From an uncultured Gemmatimonadales bacterium (GTDB taxonomy: Bacteria > Gemmatimonadota > Gemmatimonadetes > Gemmatimonadales > Gemmatimonadaceae): a stretch of DNA of 64,000 nucleotides. Shown here piece by piece: positions 62,090 through 64,000 of this stretch. Location of the stretch: NCBI GenBank assembly GCA_963701965.1, contig OY969695.1, forward strand, positions 4,512,001 through 4,576,000. Reading direction: 5' to 3'. The notes beneath the pieces were generated by a model. It was not told where the DNA came from. It did no database searches and saw only the letters and a program-made list of their open reading frames with translations. How positions within the stretch are numbered: position 1 is the first letter of the stretch; each line of letters starts with the position of its first letter. Position numbers and translations under genes: made by a program.

Positions 62090-63623
62090 ATGCCCGAGAC
62101 CGTGGTCCTCGACGGGCGCACACTGACCGTCGATGAAGTGTTCGCCGTCGCCACCACCGCCGCGCCGGTGCGCCTGGCCCCCGAAGCGCGGGCGCGCATG
62201 GAGCGCACCCGCGCCATCGTCGAGCATATCGTCGATCGCCGGGATGTGGTCTACGGGGTCACGACCGGATTCGGCAAGCTGTCCGAAGTCGCCATCCCGC
62301 TCGACCGCCTGGCCGACCTGCAAGTCAATCTCATCCGCAGTCATGCCGCCGGTGTGGGTGCTTTCCTGCCGGAACGGGAAGTGCGCGCGATGATGGTTCT
62401 GCGCGCCAACGTCCTGGCCACCGGCCGGGCCGGGTGCCGGCCGGCACTCGTCGAGCTGCTCATCGGGATGCTCCAGGCGGGCCTCTACCCGCCGATTCCG
62501 GAACAGGGCAGCGTGGGCGCCAGCGGCGACCTGGCGCCGCTCTCGCATTTGGCCTTGAGCCTCATCGGCGAAGGTACGCTGCGCCACGGGACCCGCGCCG
62601 GCCCGGCGAGCGCCATGCTCCGCGAGCAGGGGCTGGCGCCGGTCGTACTGGGACCGAAAGAGGGTATCTCGCTCGTCAACGGCACGCAGGCGCACACCGC
62701 GGTCGGCTTGCTGGCGCTCGTCGATGCGCGGCGCCTGTGGCACGTCGCGCACGTCGCCGGCGCCATGACGCTCGAAGGTCTGCTCGGCACGCCGGTGGCG
62801 TTCGATGACCGGATCCAGGAGGCGCGCGGACAACACGGCCAGCGTTCGTCCGCCGCGCTCCTGCGCGAGCTGCTCGAGGACAGCCAGATTCGCGAGTCGC
62901 ACCGGCACAACGACCCGCGCGTCCAGGATGCGTACGCGCTCCGCTGCATGCCGCAGGTGCACGGCCCGGTCCGCGATGCCATCGACTTCGCCGCGACGAT
63001 CATTGGACGCGAAGTGAACGCGGCGACCGACAATCCGCTCGTGTTCGACGACGGAACGATGCTGTCGGGAGGCAACTTCCACGGGCAGTCGGTGGCGATG
63101 GTGCTGGACTTCCTGGCGATCGCGCTCACCAACCTGGCCACGATGGCCGAACGCCGCATTGACCGCCTCGTCAACCCGGATCTCAACCAGGGACTGCCGC
63201 CGTTCCTCTCCCGCGATGCGGGAGTGAACTCGGGGTACATGATGGTCCAGGTCACCGCCGCGGCCCTGGCCAGCGAATGCAAGGGACTGGCGCACCCGGC
63301 CAGCGTCGACAGCATCCCCACGGACGGGAACAAGGAAGACGTGGTGCCCATGGCGATGGGCGCGGCCTGCAAACTGCGGCGCATCGTGCACAACGTCCGC
63401 CACGTGTTGGCGATCGAATTGCTCTGCGGCGCCATGGCCATCGACTACCGCGCGCCGCTCACCCCAGGCATCGGCGTCCGCCGCGCCCACCGGCGCATCC
63501 GCGAGCTGAGTGGACCCGCTCGGCGACGATCGCGTGCCGAGCGGCGACATTGCCGCGCTGGCCGACGCCATCGCCGCTGGCGACTTCGATTGGGTACTCT
63601 CCGATGACTACGCTCGCGCCTGA
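62090..63623 (+). CDS. hutH: Histidine ammonia-lyase, with apparent +1 frameshift near 63509 in the last ~38 codons
   Basis: [20 protein letters not shown] (MIO), [14 protein letters not shown]; the corrected tail reads [17 protein letters not shown]. Confidence 0.93.
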
Positions 63624-64000
63624 GTCGGTCCGCGCGCCGCGCGGGACGACCATCACGTGCCGCGGCTGGCAACAGGAAGCCGCGATGCGGATGCTCATGA
63701 ACAATCTCGATCCCGATGTCGCCGAACGCCCCGAGGACCTCGTGGTGTACGGCGGAACGGGCAAGGCAGTCCGCAACTGGGCCGCGTTCGACCGCACGGT
63801 GGAAACGCTGCGGCGCCTGGGCGACGACGAGACGTTGATCATGCAGAGCGGGAAACCGGTGGCCGTCTTTCGGACGCATCCGGGCGCACCACGGGTGTTG
63901 ATCGCCAACAGCAACCTGGTCCCGCGCTGGGCGAACTGGGAAGAATTCCGGCGCCTCGAAGCGCTCGGCCTCACGATGTACGGCCAGATGACCGCGGGCT
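63604..64000 (+). CDS. hutU: Urocanate hydratase, 5' part (runs off the window; absent from the ORF track)
   Basis: Manual translation [68 protein letters not shown]. Confidence 0.96.
   Translation, partial: MTTLAPESVRAPRGTTITCRGWQQEAAMRMLMNNLDPDVAERPEDLVVYGGTGKAVRNWAAFDRTVETLRRLGDDETLIMQSGKPVAVFRTHPGAPRVLIANSNLVPRWANWEEFRRLEALGLTMYGQMTAG

Overview
A GC-rich bacterial chromosomal window, almost entirely + strand core genes. Protein style and gene order suggest Gemmatimonadota, which is an inference and not a database result. In order it holds: an SDR/trxB/MBL/AhpD/aspA/Rrf2 cluster; tRNA-Leu(CAG); a ~3.5 kb accessory island with small secreted proteins, an AlbA_2/Schlafen-HATPase gene and integrase-arm-like repeats; smpB-amidase-pyrD-pyrF; rpmJ-rpsM-rpsK-rpsD-rpoA-rplQ-rpmB; a nucleotide-sugar cluster interrupted by carB; bamD-nadD-secA-radC-rel-uvrB-tsaE-tsaB-rimI-ssb; a second accessory stretch with an aspartyl protease, an MBL, a GNAT, an 867-aa coiled coil and ~92-bp tandem repeats; ccsA-sirC-hemA-epimerase-tol/pal-tatC-lptD; and hutH-hutU. 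Three single-base frameshifts (aspA, a DUF3761-like gene, hutH) look like sequencing indels. The best candidate for something undescribed is a 145-nt structured RNA between rpsD and rpoA, in which two adjacent hairpins have perfectly complementary 7-nt loops (a kissing loop). I found no CRISPR array, transposase or intact integrase.
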